From Paraglomus brasilianum (lineage: Eukaryota), in contig CAJVPI010000075.1 in NCBI GenBank assembly GCA_910592345.1, forward strand, positions 1 to 60,601: a DNA stretch of 60,601 nucleotides, given 5' to 3'. This document shows positions 23,579 through 37,297 of this stretch, one piece after another; the stretch's first letter is position 1, and each line of letters opens with the position of its first letter. Under the pieces are notes generated by a model. That model saw only the letters and a program-made list of their open reading frames with translations, was not told the DNA's origin and searched no databases. A program made the translations under genes and the position numbers.

Positions 23579-24764
23579 ATGTACGATACTCCAAAACACA
23601 TATCGTTTATCAGTGACCAAACAGTTGGTTCTGTATTAAATGAAAAACAAAATATTCAGTCGTTGATCGAGATACCTGTTAATGCTACAGTAGAAGAGGC
23701 GTTTGACTTGTTGCTCGCTGAGAACATACTCAGTGTCCCCGTATATCGACGCTGGAGGGGACGTCGAGAGCCAATAGCTATTGTTAACGTATTCGACTTG
23801 GTTACATTTGTTGCTTTACAAGTGAGTAATTCATACGTGATTGGACGAGAATATGATCTGTTGATCAAGCGTTAACATAAATTAACGCATCGAATATTAT
23901 CCTTACATGCAACATCATCCCTTGTTCATACCTGAAAACTGCCTTATTATCTAGCCAGTATTCGATCAAGACGACTCCAATAACAATACGCTCGTTTCAT
24001 TGTCTGACGCTGATCTTGAGAGCAACTCCGAATTTCTCCAAAGATCAATTGGAGAACTGATCGGTCTTACTCCAGAATCAACTAATTTGGCTACTGTATC
24101 TCCGGACGACTCATTAATCAAGCTCATCAATATATTCACTCGCAAGCAAATACATCGGTTACTTGTTTTCGACAGACAAGCATTAATCGACGAAGATGGT
24201 AATGATTCATTCAACGAAGAAGAACACAAAAAGCCATGTTTTATATCACAAACAGATGCTGTTAGATTTCTATTTAAACACAACCATGAATTGGGTAAAG
24301 TTCTTGATACCCCGGCATCAGAAGTAGCCAATAAAGCCTGCAAGTTGATACCCGAGAGACAACGGCTGCTCTGCAAACCATCATCTGTTACTATACACGA
24401 TCAAGCTCTAACTGCATTCCGGAGAATACATCAGGACAGAGTGAATGCGGTTGTGGTCGTAGACGATGATGGTTCATTGGTCGGGGAAGTATCGGCGGCT
24501 GATCTCCGTGGATTGAATAGAGAACGAGTGAAAGAGTTGAAGAAACCTGTTATTGCATTCTTAAAGTCCTGCAAAGGAGCATTAATCGAGCCTCTCACTT
24601 GTAGTGCAAAATTCACATTGAGTCAGGTGATAGCTGGTATTATCAGGAACAAGACTCACAGAGCATGGCTTGTGGATGATGATGATATCCCCATCGGTGT
24701 TATCACGTTGAGTGATATCTTGTGTATGTTCTTGCCTAACGGTGAAGATGCGAACGGGCATTAA
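23579..24764 (+). CDS. Four-CBS-domain protein (Sds23/Snf4-like)
   Basis: ATVEEAFDLLLAENILSVPV, IHRLLV, VNAVVVVDDDGSLVGEVSAADLRG, HRAWLVDDDDIPIGVITLSDIL; one intron at ~23822-23955. Confidence 0.85.
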
Positions 24765-25240
24765 GTTAGAGCGTGCGAGTGAGTGATAAAAGGTGCAATA
24801 ATTAATACTAGTCAGAATACGTGTTGGGGTGACGATGATGATAGCGGCGGTGGCGGCGGTAAAAGAAAAGAAAGCATATCTCCGTTGGGTGGGGTTAATA
24901 CGAGTTATATGACATGGCAATATCGCTTAATTGGAAATATTTTTGTATATGTGTATTGGATTCTGTATATAGACATTTATTTGCGTACTAAGTTTGATTG
25001 ATTTGATTAATGAATATGTATTATCGGATATGTGATTGCCTAATTACCATTCAATTATTTTTAAAAATGTGTCTTGCGTTGCAAAAGTGTGAAGGTATAT
25101 ATATGTATTTCTGAACAACGAAAGTCTGAAATTGTTCTCAGATTTTTAGCATCATCCTACCAAGCTTCCAAAGTTTCGCACATAGAACAATAAATCATAA
25201 ATAATTTCTATAACAGTATCCATGTTCCCACATTTATACA

Positions 25241-27995
25241 TCACTTATTGATAAACTTGAACCATTTAGCAAATTGCCGTTTACTTTTATCCAAATTTCC
25301 ACTTGTGCGTTTACTCGTACTTGCGTCTGCCCTCCCGCCCGTGAGTCCGCTTGTACTTCCATCTGCGCTTGCCGCACGTTCGTTTCTCTTACTTCCGCCC
25401 TCTTGTGACGATGACTCCTTTAGAGAATAACCACGAGAGTGCGAATCGGCTGATTCTGAGATGAATGAACTAGATGTTGGAACTGATTCATTCGTAGATT
25501 GAATAAGATCTTGACGGAGGAGGAGATAAGTAGAATTCAAATAGGGAAGGTCGTCTGAATGCACAAATATCGGAAGAAGTATTAAGATTATAAAGAATGA
25601 AGTAAACGTATCAAGGCAGTAAGTATAACAAAAGTTTTATCTCACCTGACTGATGATCTGACCAGTTGAAATGCACAATTGATGCAGGCGACAATTCAGC
25701 TTTGTATAAACTTATCTGCATATTATCCAATACGTTTCTAGGGGGAGTGATAAATAAGTAAAATTCTCTCGCTGGTGTGCTTATTGCCTCTTTTACAAAT
25801 CTGTACAATTCTTCCACAGGCTCCTTTGACAGAAACGATCCTTCCAACTGTGTTCGATCCGGAAATCGTATACGTATCAATGTCTAAGAACGTGTATTCA
25901 CCGAGATCCAATAACAAACAGGTATTAAAATACATGGAAACGAGAGTAATGATTGAAAAGCTGACAGTTAAAACGGTGGGAGAGTACCTTTGGATATTTG
26001 CGCTCTCGAGCAGCTAATTCTTGGTCTCTTACAGCCTTAGTTTTAAACACAGCATTCTCCAAAGCTGTGTTTTTTGCCTTTTGCATTGCAATAAGATATT
26101 TCAATTCTGTTGGTGTAAGTTCGTAGAATGAATCCGGAAGTTCGACTGTTGAATGTGTGGGATTAGTAAGTCAATTGTGATGACCTTTGTATGAAGGATA
26201 GTTAAGCATCGAGAGGCTCACTCACTATGTGTCATTTGCATATTATCCGGAGGTGGATTATACACTTTAACGTTCCTGTCAAAGAATTTCGGCTCTTCTT
26301 CATCGATGTCCATACTATTCTCTATTTCTTTATCTTTCACTCCTTCCTTTTTTTCTTTTTTCTCAATATCTCTTTCCTCAACTACCATTTCTCCCTTTAT
26401 CTCGATCTCTGTTGTCGCAACTCCCGTTTGTTTCTTTTCATCAATCTCCTTTTCATCAACTTCCATTGGTTCCTGTATCTTGATCTCTGTTGCCGCAACT
26501 TTCATTTTCTCCCTTTCATCAATCTCCTTTTTCTCAACTTCCATTTGTTCCTGTACCTCGATCCCTATTGCGGCAGCTACCATCTTTTCCTTTTTCTCGA
26601 CTCCCCTTTTTTCTTCAATTTCCGTCGACAAATTATCAGTGGTGCCCACATCTCCTTGTGAAAGCGTTGCCGGTAGATCGGCAGTAGTGGGAGGCATTTC
26701 AGTGGACTCGATGTGTACCGCGTGAGGTAATTCCGTTGATTTAGATGTTTGCGTGATTGGAGATGCAGTTGAAGGAGGTGTAGTTAGAGAAGTTTTGATT
26801 GGAGAGGCGGTTGGTGCATGTGTAGAAACACTTGCAGATGAAGAGTTTGTGGCTACGGATGATGTCTTTGCAACATTAGAAGTACTAGTAGCCATAATTT
26901 CAGCTACGGCGTCGTCCAATGTAAGATTCGTATGTCTAAATAATACGCGTATTAAAATGTTACCAGAAGTGAGTCCTAAAGATTGCAGTGTCGTAGATTT
27001 CAGTGCTGATATTGTTGAATACTAATAATCAACCAAATTAAGGAGAATATCATGAATGAGATAGATATCAAGGTACGTAAATTAATGTTAATATTAATTC
27101 GGTGTTTGCGACAGCTTGACCCCATGAGTGTGGCGCTTCAACTTATTTACTTAAAAAATACCTCTTTGTTCGAAAGGATACAGACAGGTTGTTGGTAGTA
27201 TAACGTCTTGTCTGATCTAACCAGTTTGCTTAACGCGTTCCTATTAGTCTGAGTTGTCTTTGCAGTTCGGTGTGTTATGTTTAGCGAACTACGTGATAGG
27301 AATGCATACGATATGCAGTGGAAGCATTGAGAATGTGGTTTAGACTCACGAATCTGACATTCGATATCCGATACATTATGATTATAATACGCACCCATCA
27401 GCCGACTGCTGTTCAAATCGACTGAGTATGTCCCACAGACTTGTATTGAGCATAAACTTCGATATGAATCTTCCCTCTTCGCCAAGCTGAAGAGCAACAG
27501 TAATTTCCTTTTGAACTTTGCGAGCATAATATAAGAATTATAGAATGTGGAGGTATTAGAGTCGCGTAATATTAGAGTAGACATCTCGCTTTACATAATT
27601 GTAACTGTAGCAGTACCTTTCGATGCATTTAAACGTACTAATTCAAGTTTTGCACCGGGCGCCAAATTAGCGAACCGCACGGACAACGAAAGATCAAGAA
27701 CCGTTTTATTCAATCTGTCACGAATGAATGACACCGACCAGTAAATATTTGAAAACCCGTACTTGTGATATAACGTACACAATAACACAAGCAATAAGAA
27801 AGATATAATAGAACGACCATAACTAATCTATCTAATGGGCTGCACTCCGGAAGGCACCTACTTCAGTCCATATTTTTCAGGATCAAGCTTGCGTTTCGTA
27901 CACACAGTATTGACTATTTGTTTCAAGGCCATCGTGGGAGTTGTCTTGACAACTTGTCGGTTGCCCTCAAACAATACCACCACATTCGAGGCCAT
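25241..27995 (-). CDS. TUG/ASPL-like UBX-domain Cdc48 cofactor (Ubx4-like), multi-exon
   Basis: UBL1 MASNVVV..VKTTP..LDLSLSVRFANLAPGAKLEL, VALQLGEEGRF..SLWDIL, ELPDSFYELTPTELK, UBX IRIRFPDRTQLEGSF..ELSPASIVHF, C-terminal KWFKFINK. Confidence 0.9.
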
Positions 27996-28570
27996 TGTTG
28001 GTAGATTATTGATTGACAACTGCCAAAACGTTTTATTTACGTAAACAGCTATGTGGCGCAGCACAAAACTACCAATTGCCAGTTGTCCAAGCATTTATTG
28101 TCTGCGAGTAAACGGTAATGCCATGAAGGTTATTATTATTATTATTCCTTAAACGGATCAAAAAGCCTCTCTACGATTAGTCGCTTAATGTAAAGATTTA
28201 CGGCTGTCTATAAAAATGGCTTGTCAAAATTAGGTAAAGATTTACTTCATTAATATTTTTTCCGGCTGTCACAAAGATAACTTGGCGATAAAAGGAGCAA
28301 AATTAAAGAGTGGCTGATGATTACAGCAGTGTTGTGAGTTAATGATTAAGGCATTATATCGTTCGTTGTTCGCTCCATTGGGCTATTGTAACATTATCAA
28401 TTGCGTTTTCTTTTCTTGGCCAAAGCAATTTACGATAATGATAAGAAATATAGTCAAATCTGGTTTAGCACCTTTATCAATTGTACCGATAATGGTAAAG
28501 TCCTATTTCTCCAAAAACGGAATATTTTATTATCATTAAATTAAAAGTACATTTATTTCATGCGGAAACA

Positions 28571-28872
28571 TCGAAGCTCGCAGTTTAATCTCCCGCGGTC
28601 GATGTGGGTTGCGCCGCGGCCGAGGAGATGCAATTTCTCTTTAGAATCAGATGTAATTAGAAATTTAAAAGTTAAATGATATTATCGAGTGAAGAATCTA
28701 CCGCGGTCTTGTAGCTCGATGTGGATTGCGTCGTGGCTGAGTCGATGGCCTCGCAGCTCGATATGGGTTGCGTCGCGGCTGAGGAGGACGCGCTGCGATC
28801 GCCCTTTAAAATCAGATGTAATTAGAAATTTAAAATTTAAATCTAATATAAGACATTATCGAATGAAGAACT
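28571..28872. repeat. Imperfect direct repeat (~125-bp unit x2 plus a partial copy), CpG-rich head and AT-rich tail
   Basis: cgat(g/a)tgggttgcg(c/t)cgcggc.gaggag..ttta(g/a)aatcagatgtaattagaaatttaaaa occurs twice, with a third short copy at ~28715. Confidence 0.75.
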
Positions 28873-29277
28873 TGCCGATTCCTTGTTACGATCGATGACT
28901 GCTGCATCGAGGAATCTGAAGTGCTACTAAAAGGAAACGTTACTTTAGTCCGGATAAACCTTATGAATAATAAATTCAGTGTTTATTTCGTTTAGTTTTA
29001 CCTTGAACACTTTGAACCACAGCTTTTGCTCGACCCGGCCTTCTGGGTGGGTAGTCGACCAACGGGGGAAAAAAAGAACGTGGCCCTATTTAAGAAAAAC
29101 TTTATGAATGAATGAATAAATAAATTAATAAATAAGTAAATTGTTTAGTTTCACTTGTTTTATCCTTCCTTATGTGCGGGCAAGATTCTTGGATGTACAC
29201 GTATCCTAGACATTGAATAAGCCGCTCTTCTAATCCACGACCAGAGCAATCAGAATCTGGTCTCTGCCTCTCAATAT

Positions 29278-29778
29278 TCAACTGTTGATAGAAGGCACGA
29301 GGAGCGACATGTTCCTCGCGTTGCATAATCCAATGTCTCGTTGCCTGACCCTATTTGCCTCATCTTCTCGGCGCATCTGTTGCCAATACAAATGCCAGAT
29401 TGAGTCCCGTCTCTGGTCATCCCACCTCGGCAGGTCCCGCCAGCGCTGGAAATCTTCATGACGCCTCATGTATTCTTGGCGTCTCTGGTTTTCGTGACGG
29501 CGCTCTTGCAAGTCACAGTATCCGAGGTGTAAACCTACGAAAAAGAATATGCATAAAATAACAAAAAGATATTGGTAGTAATATTTCTGACCCGCAGGAA
29601 TAATCCCGGTTAGCTGACAGAGCGTTAAAAAAAAACTTGATGCGACCAGCGCATAAAAATATCGCTTCCATAGAAAAGCGAGAGAGTTACGGAGCTGTTC
29701 TCCATCCCTTGCTAGTTGTGTTGCCACAACAAAACTTGGAACGGAGTAGATGTTTAGTGCAGTATTATAATATGTCAT
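29278..29778 (-). CDS. Hypothetical 166-aa protein with two predicted TM helices and a charged R/W/D-rich tail
   Basis: Intronless ATG ORF with hydrophobic segments YFYALVASSFFLTLCQLTGII and YLFVILCIFFFVGLHLGY. No family recognised. Confidence 0.5.
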   Translation of the reverse strand: MTYYNTALNIYSVPSFVVATQLARDGEQLRNSLAFLWKRYFYALVASSFFLTLCQLTGIIPAGQKYYYQYLFVILCIFFFVGLHLGYCDLQERRHENQRRQEYMRRHEDFQRWRDLPRWDDQRRDSIWHLYWQQMRREDEANRVRQRDIGLCNARNMSLLVPSINS

Positions 29779-30641
29779 AATAAATACTTATATAGTAGAG
29801 TTAAACGTGACCCAATGAAATTGAAATTGCAAAAAGCTGCTTCGCTTTATATTTACTTGTTATATCAATAAAAATAATAAACGTAAACACCAAATCTTCT
29901 CTATGGCTAACTGCATCGGGTATTTACATACTGTATAGCGACAGACTTTGCAGATGCATAAATAAAAGAAGACTATCAATATTCAGAATTTGATATTGAA
30001 CAGTTTTAGAGCTATTGTTGCCTTTTTTATCAACGCGGGAACTTTCCATTTGTAATAGATAATAAAGTAACATTCTATGAGTAGATGCACAACTTTAATA
30101 GCGTGTGGGAATTGAAAATGCCTAAAAATAAAACATACAATTACCGCCTAATTATCTTGGTAAGGTCTCCCGCCTCATATTAACTCTATATGCTTCGAAG
30201 ACAGGTTTACGTTCATCAAAATCATTACTAACAATACCGCAAAGGACGGTCGCGTCAAAAGTCGTTAGTAGAAATGGCATCCTGTAAATATTCGATATGC
30301 TTTGATCTATTGCTGCTTACAGTTATCTATTAAGACTACAAAAGATATCCCAGACAATTGTTATGTTAAATTAGTGTTCTTCCTTGAGTACTGTCTTTTG
30401 CTTGAAAACAAATAATGTGCTTTATCTGGTCTTTACGTATGCTGTCATTGCAAAAACAACACAAATAGTATTCACGTGTAACATGATTTCGCAAAATTCG
30501 GGTGGTGTTACCTTGAGAGGGGGTTGTGCTGAATTGCAGTGCGTTTCAGTAATACCTTAATGTCGTGATTCCTTTTTTTTTCCCTTAATAACTACTGTTG
30601 ATATTATTTTCTAAAGCTTTATTCCTTCTTTCCTTATTGAA

Positions 30642-33347
30642 ATGAGTTTTGTACAGGAAGCTTATTTTTACCCTAATACTTCGTTCCCTTCGGACTCTTT
30701 ACCTGGTGGCAATTCCCAACGGGAATCGCTACTGTATGACGATTCAATCAAACTTGAATGTCCGATCTGTAATGAAGCTATGATCTCTCTTGCTCAACTT
30801 AATCAACATTTGGACGACGTTCATAGCGAAGAATCTAACGCGAAGAAAGATATCATCTTAAGTTGGTTTAAGAATGCGCAAAGTACTCTTATGAAGCCGC
30901 TATCAAAAGCAAAACTAGCAAGTCTGCCTAATCAATTATCTCAAACTGTGACGCAAACCGTGATCAACAAACTGAGCGAACTAGACGTACTTGACGAAGG
31001 TTCTGAACTAGTGACTAGAAGTCATTGGCAAAGAGAGAGTGAGAACGATCAGTGCTCACACTCTAACTGTGGGAAAACAGTGAATTTAAGAAACGGCAAA
31101 TATAATTGTCGCAAGTATGTGGGTTTGATCAAGAATGGAGAATGCAGCATTGCGCCTTCTGTATTCTGTACTTGCGCATTTTATCTATGATGTTGAGTAT
31201 TGCTCCGTCATTCTCTCTCTGATTGCCCCTCGTTTACTGATGTTACCTAGATGCGGGAAACTGTTCTGTGAGACTCACTGTCACTTACAAATGAAACTCA
31301 GTCGCCAGGCATCGCATGATCCGGTAAATGGTTATTGGTCGCGTGTTTGCAATAACTGCTATAAATCTCGAGACGGCTATTTGGATGATCAAGGTATTTT
31401 ATGGAGGAGTATATGCTGTTATCTTTTGGTAATTTGAGGGTGGTATTTACCAGAAGAATGATTATTTTATGTTACTGATGTTTTCGGTTTGTTTCAATGC
31501 AGGTGTCGTGTCTTCTCGTACAGAAGAGTTTAAACAGAACCGCGTTCTATGTACTGAGAAAGCTCATCTTGAAGGAAACAGGCTCGAGAAACGGCTAGAA
31601 AAGGTAGACTAGCTCTGCTTATCAATGTGTCAACTTGTATAAAAATATTGACTTGTGTAATATAATTCTGTTTTTATAGCTTGCAAAAGTTTATGCGACG
31701 AAAATAAAGACGGGTAACTCTGCACAAAGTGGGTTGGCACCACCACTTACTCTAAAACATCGTCGAAGAGGTTTGTTCTGAAGACAGCGTTTTGACACAA
31801 GAGAGTTTTAGCGAGAATAATAGCATTGATTAGTAGAGTTGCTTGCGACGTGTAATTCTTGATGGCACTTTTTTTAGTAGTAGTGGTTAATCATGTGTTT
31901 ATATGTTTATTTTGATAATTTTAGCTTCGGAGCAGTCTATAGTCAAATGGGAAGATGACGCTTCAGTAACTCACTGTCCTTTGTGCAAGTAGGTTGATGG
32001 AAAACACCAAAAATCTCTCGATTTTTGCATTTAAAGAACCCAGATGCTAAAGAAATGCCTTGATAGTTCTCCTTTCGGAAAGATTACGAACCGTAAGCAC
32101 CACTGTCGTTTATGTGGACGCATTATCGACGAGAAATGCTCTTCGAAAGTCTCACTACATACGAACGATTATACAGGTATGTGTCTAGTGTTGTTTTATA
32201 ACAATATGCAGTATGAAGATATACTAAATGCTTTCCGGTCATAGAAAACGTTGAACACGATTCTGTTGGCCAAGTACGCGTCTGCAAAGAATGTCGAAAT
32301 GCAGTATTCAGGTATAATCCAATTTATCTGTTGCTTTGTTGAGGAATGAATTGAATACCAACTATCCATACTGACCATTTTGTAGACGAAGGGAATACAT
32401 TGAGGAAGTCTCCAAAACTCCCCAAGTTGTCATGTTATATCAGGTAATCATTATTAACATTGTTAAAATTGTTTTGTATAAATACGATCGTTTTTCTGGC
32501 ATATTTATACTTTTTGATTATAATTATGTAGAAATTAACCAAGATTCGAAGCGCCATCGATCAGACATTACCCAAATTTCAAGAAATGCTTGTCATGTTA
32601 AAGTTGAGTCGATGAACACTCTTTCGTTCGTGTTGTTTATTTATAACATGTCTTCCTTACCACCAATTCTTTTCGGTTTGTAGGAGTCAAGAGATAGTTA
32701 ATCAGACACATGCAGACTATCAAGTTGCTGCTCGTACACGCAAAGAGCTCCTAGAATACTTCACTCAATTTGATGCAATTAACAAGAAAATAAATTCACT
32801 GGCTACCAATAGTGAAACTCAACGACGTCTTCATTCTAATATATATCTTGCTGCTAATCAGTATCTTCAACTGGTGATGCTGCCATTATCTGCATTACCA
32901 AAGATATTCAAAAAAGACCTGCAAGATCAACATTCACCACATCAACCGCAACATAAACCACTGCAACAACAGAAAAGTTTGCCAAGCATTAAAATGCAAG
33001 GCAAAGCCCACCCCGGCGCGACCGTTGCCGAAGGTCGTACCCTGCCCAAACCCTGCGAAGAGGAGGCCGACTCTACTGGTGATCTTCTTGCTGTTATTGC
33101 CACACGACGTAATCGATCTCTATCTGTCTCGTCTTCCAAATCAACTAGATCTACAAAATCAACCAAAGGTGAAAAGTTGAGACAGCAGTTGGGTGTACTC
33201 GAAGAACAAGAAAAACTTGTTGAAGAATATATCTCCAAGGCAACGAGGAAGAGGAAGATTGAAGATGTACAGACATTGAAGGCATCGTTGGATGAATTGA
33301 GACAAGAGATTGATATAAAAAAGCAGCAACTGGTTGAGCTCTCGTAA
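30642..33347 (+). CDS. PEP7: Vacuolar sorting protein Pep7/Vac1 (rabenosyn-5 like)
   Basis: C2H2 finger (CPIC..LNQHLDDVH), degenerate FYVE (VTRSHWQ..NCRKCGKLFC..RVC), canonical FYVE (WEDD..C..C..RKHHCRLCG), C-terminal Rab-binding helix (RKIEDVQTLKASLDEL). Confidence 0.92.
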
Positions 33348-33802
33348 ATGATGCAACCCCTTACTATATTATATTTTCCGTTACTCACCTAATTATTACC
33401 ATGCCATTACATTACTATATTACCTACTACTTATATTTCGTTTAACAATGCTACTCTTTGATCGTGGCGCAACGTTTATATGAACAATTGATTATAAGCT
33501 TTTTTATTATTTAGATATGTTTTTTTATCTTCACTAAGCCTCTTTTTAAACTAATTTATGTCTATGAATGTAATTTCTTTTTTGTATTGCACTTAAAACC
33601 TTTTTGTATGATAACGTTACACACTCCATTAGCTAACACTGTATATGATGAACTTTGCACACTTTTTGTATAATATTAACAATAAGTAAAAGGAAACGAC
33701 GAGTCCAGTTGATTTGATAAGGGCGAATATATTTCAGTGAGGGACAAGCTCTGTATATAAGACATACAAATACGTATTGTTTCCACCAGAATTATTATAC
33801 AA

Positions 33803-34790
33803 TCATTTTGCTCTCAGACGCTCCAATTCGGATTTAACCTGTTGAAGTTCATTGGTGGCAGCATCCATCCGTTCCTTGTATTGTCGCAGCTGCTCTTGGA
33901 CTTTACGATACGTCTGCTCTATCAATTTCAATTCTTCTTGTTCAGCCTGTAGACCTGTGATTAATACACGAGTTATATTGGTTTACATTCAAATCATAAA
34001 GTTGCAAGTTTGTAGTCTTACTATATGGCTGATTCGGCGCAGTTTTTGGCGGGAGTGTCGAACTACTATTATGTTGAGTCAAGATCTGATACATGGCCTC
34101 TGTTGGATCTGTAAACACCTGTCGCAAGAGAATAAGTGAATAAATAGCAGGATCAAGTAAATGCATAAGAACTACTGTTAAGGTATGACTTGTATTATTA
34201 TTCGTTAGATACTCGCCAGTTCATCATATTGAAAGCTTGATACTGGTTTGTTCTTATTAGCGCTCAAAATAGTACCATCTTCTTCGTACGGATGGAGTCT
34301 CAAATTGTGATAAAGTGGAACTGGTTTTTCATTGCTCTCCGGAACAAAGTGTAATTTGATGGCTAGCTCAAATTCACCCCAGCCTGTCTCTGAGATTTCA
34401 AAAGGCGGCTGTTCTATGGCTAAATGTCCCAGGGAATAATCACGTTAGCCAAACAATATATAAGTATATAGGGTATTATAATATTATATAGTACTGCATA
34501 CTTCTCATTGGATTCTGATATGTCTCATGCAGTTTAAACACCACTTTCTTAACATAATAGCTAATATCCTCTCCATTGACTCCGCGAACAGAAACAGTCC
34601 ATTTGTGCGTATGATCTGTCTCTTGAGTCTTACGCGGTGGTAACGGAGTAGCTATGTTGCCGTACACTATCGGACGTACGATCGTAACTCCCTGGCTCAA
34701 AGATCAAGCTATGTTAGTTAACTAAGCTCAGGCTCTTGGCGTATAAAGGCCGATGAATACCTTGGTTCGTCGTTGATTAGGTGTGGCCAT
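33803..34790 (-). CDS. YAF9: YEATS-domain protein Yaf9 (NuA4/SWR1)
   Basis: RPIVYGN..DHTHKWTVSV..KKVVFKLHETYQNP / PPFEISETGWGEFEL..YHNLRLHPY, with a C-terminal coiled coil. Confidence 0.95.
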
Positions 34791-35099
34791 TATCAAAAAG
34801 CAGTGAATATTTATCGTAATAATAATCGGTATACAATTCCATTATTATTATTATCGTTATTATTATCGGATTATAGTTAAGATATAATGCACGTGATGTA
34901 ACTTTAATTTGTGTGGTCGTAAATTGATTTGTTGACATGCTCGTATTAACCCAAGTATTAGTATACTAATTCTTTATCCAAACTTGCTGTGTAGGATGCT
35001 TTTTTTTTATCCCTGTTTTGATTATTTACAATCTGACTTTGACAGTTCAGGATCTTAATAATAAACATTTTCGTTCGTCAATCTAGACAGGTTGATTAT

Positions 35100-35521
35100 G
35101 GATCGATGAAGTGAATTATCGATTATATTACGCACCCGGTTTTCTTCTGCTTTATCTTGCTTAATACTTGAGAATCATCGATTAATTCATCATCGAATTC
35201 AAACATATTTCACCGTTCTGTCCAACGTTCCGTTCGTAAAATGCATATTAACTTGTTCTTCTAATTCAGCGAATCGTATAATATTTCGTTCATTGCTCTC
35301 GTCGAGTTCCTCTAGATATTTATTGGGCTTGATTTGATGTCTTGACTTCTACTGGATTCAGATTTCAAAGGTCTTTTCTTTTTCTTTTCCGTGCAAGTAT
35401 TGCATATAGCATACGTCTTTTCTTGATTTCCGTTGAAACGATAAACTCACAGAGCGCCCGTCCAGAACAGCTTAGTCTCAGTGGCATCAGTGATGTTACT
35501 AGTTTGAGTAGAAGAAGCCAT
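35100..35521 (-). pseudogene. Decayed ORF, possibly a transposase N-terminus
   Basis: Broken frame MASSTQ..FRFNGNQEKTYAICNTCTEKKKKRP with stops and frameshifts. Confidence 0.3.
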
Positions 35522-36074
35522 TGAAGAAAATATAATATTTGAGAATTGATGAAATTGGTTTGTGATGTTAATTTGAATGTTTGACTAAAAGAATATTATA
35601 AAAGCTACAGAGACATTGAAGGTACAGGATAGATTTGTCAAGCTTACTCAAGAACACTGAAAAATTGCAAACAGACAAGCACTTGATAAAGACAAAATTC
35701 AATAATCTTTATTCGATATGATGCTGCAAAAAGTTATTCATCTCCTTCTAGTTTTTCGTTACAGACAGCGCACAAAAATAAAAGGCGTTTGTAATCTAAG
35801 GTTTTAGTATAAGTCGTCTTTGTCTAACTTCGAACATAGAAAATGGCTTTAGTGGAAACACTTCAATAAAGACTTTCTTGGTTAATACAGTATCATGATT
35901 CGAGTCTTTATGTACCAAAGGTTTGTGTGATCACCCTAAATCTGAATAAGCACGAAATTTCATGTACGCACGTAAGCATGCTATTCTTACCATTAACTAG
36001 AGAATGCGTTTAGCGCGTTTGTTTTGAATTTTTTAATAAAATTTGCGGAGAACACACATAATTAAAGAAAAGAA

Positions 36075-36658
36075 TATGACTCGCGGTCCAGAACTAACCG
36101 AGTTTCAAAGAAGGTGGTGAAATTTACGTTGGAAGCAAAATGTTATTGCTCAAGTTGTCGAATGTAGTGAGGCTGTAGTTTCTAATATTATTAACCGGTA
36201 TAAAAATACAAACAAAGTAAGTGTTAGATCAAGCCGAAAAAAATTAATGAGCACAATTACCGTGCCATTAAGCAGACAATTAAATGTGGAGCAAGAACTC
36301 ATTCAGCAGATTGAAAGCAGTGGAAAAAAGTCTCTATTAATGCTTTCTGCAAAGCCATTTACTCTTTAGGATATCATTCCCGCGTTGTGTGTCGTCAACC
36401 GTTAATTTCATTAACTAATCAACTCGCTTCAAAAACAATACGGCAGTTAATGGCTATGTTAATGCATCAGCGTATATTAAGAATATGCTATTCCGGCCAA
36501 AATTTGCAATCTTATCGAAAGCATGCCCCGACGTTGTAAAGCAGTAATTGAAGTAAATGGAGGTCCCAACTAAATACTGAAATGATGCTGTTTCGTTTAA
36601 TATGACTATATAACAATTGAAGAGTGTGTTTCAGGCTAACTTTAATGGTACCCCTGTA
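36075..36658 (+). mobile_element. Decayed Tc1 transposase remnant
   Basis: The start reads MTRGPELTEFQR and the end reads SMPRRCKAVIEVNGG(P)TKY*, the classic Tc1 C-terminus. It is followed by CCCCTG-TA, a likely terminus. Confidence 0.8.
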
Positions 36659-37297
36659 TGAATCCCCTGTATGCACTAAGACAGCGTTGTTGCGCAAACG
36701 GATATATTTAGACTTGATTTTGCACGAAATTTTTAGCCAACAGGAATTAATAAATCTCAGGAGTGTACGATTTGTATGAGCAACTACTGGAATTAAAAAG
36801 GCACATTCTAGATTGATGATGGGCGAGGCATCTCTTACATTTGACTTAGGAGATACTTTTCATTCAAGAGAGATGACGTTTGAAAATGTCATTTAGGACC
36901 ATTCTACATATTACTATCAGCTGTTAGAGATTACATTGTGACGGAAACTGCATTTAATGCATGCCCAAGCTGTAATACGCCTGCACTATATTATTCGAGT
37001 GCTTCATTCTGACTGGATAGCAGATATTACTAACAGATCTGTCAGCAAACTTAAGTTGGGTAAGCCTGATGTGAGCTGAGCATACTATTGCAGAACTATT
37101 TTTAATCAAGCGAAAATTCTTAAAAAAGAAATCGAGGTTATACGAAGAGTATGCTAAATTGTGAACCCCTGTGCGGTGATATGTCTCACGACACTATAAT
37201 TACACAAGCATTGCTTGTAATGTGTTCCGTAAAAAAATATTTAACAGCTGAATTTCCGCATTCAAATCTCTTAATGCGGCTCCATAAAATCGTTAAG

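Noticed and set aside
26227..27025. Hydrophobic plus-strand ORFs
   Set aside because: Antisense shadows of the E/K-rich UBX exon.
27023..27616. Apparent long intron in the UBX gene, a possible snoRNA host
   Set aside because: It contains two in-frame coding exons (VALQLGEEGRF.. and SLNITHRT..).
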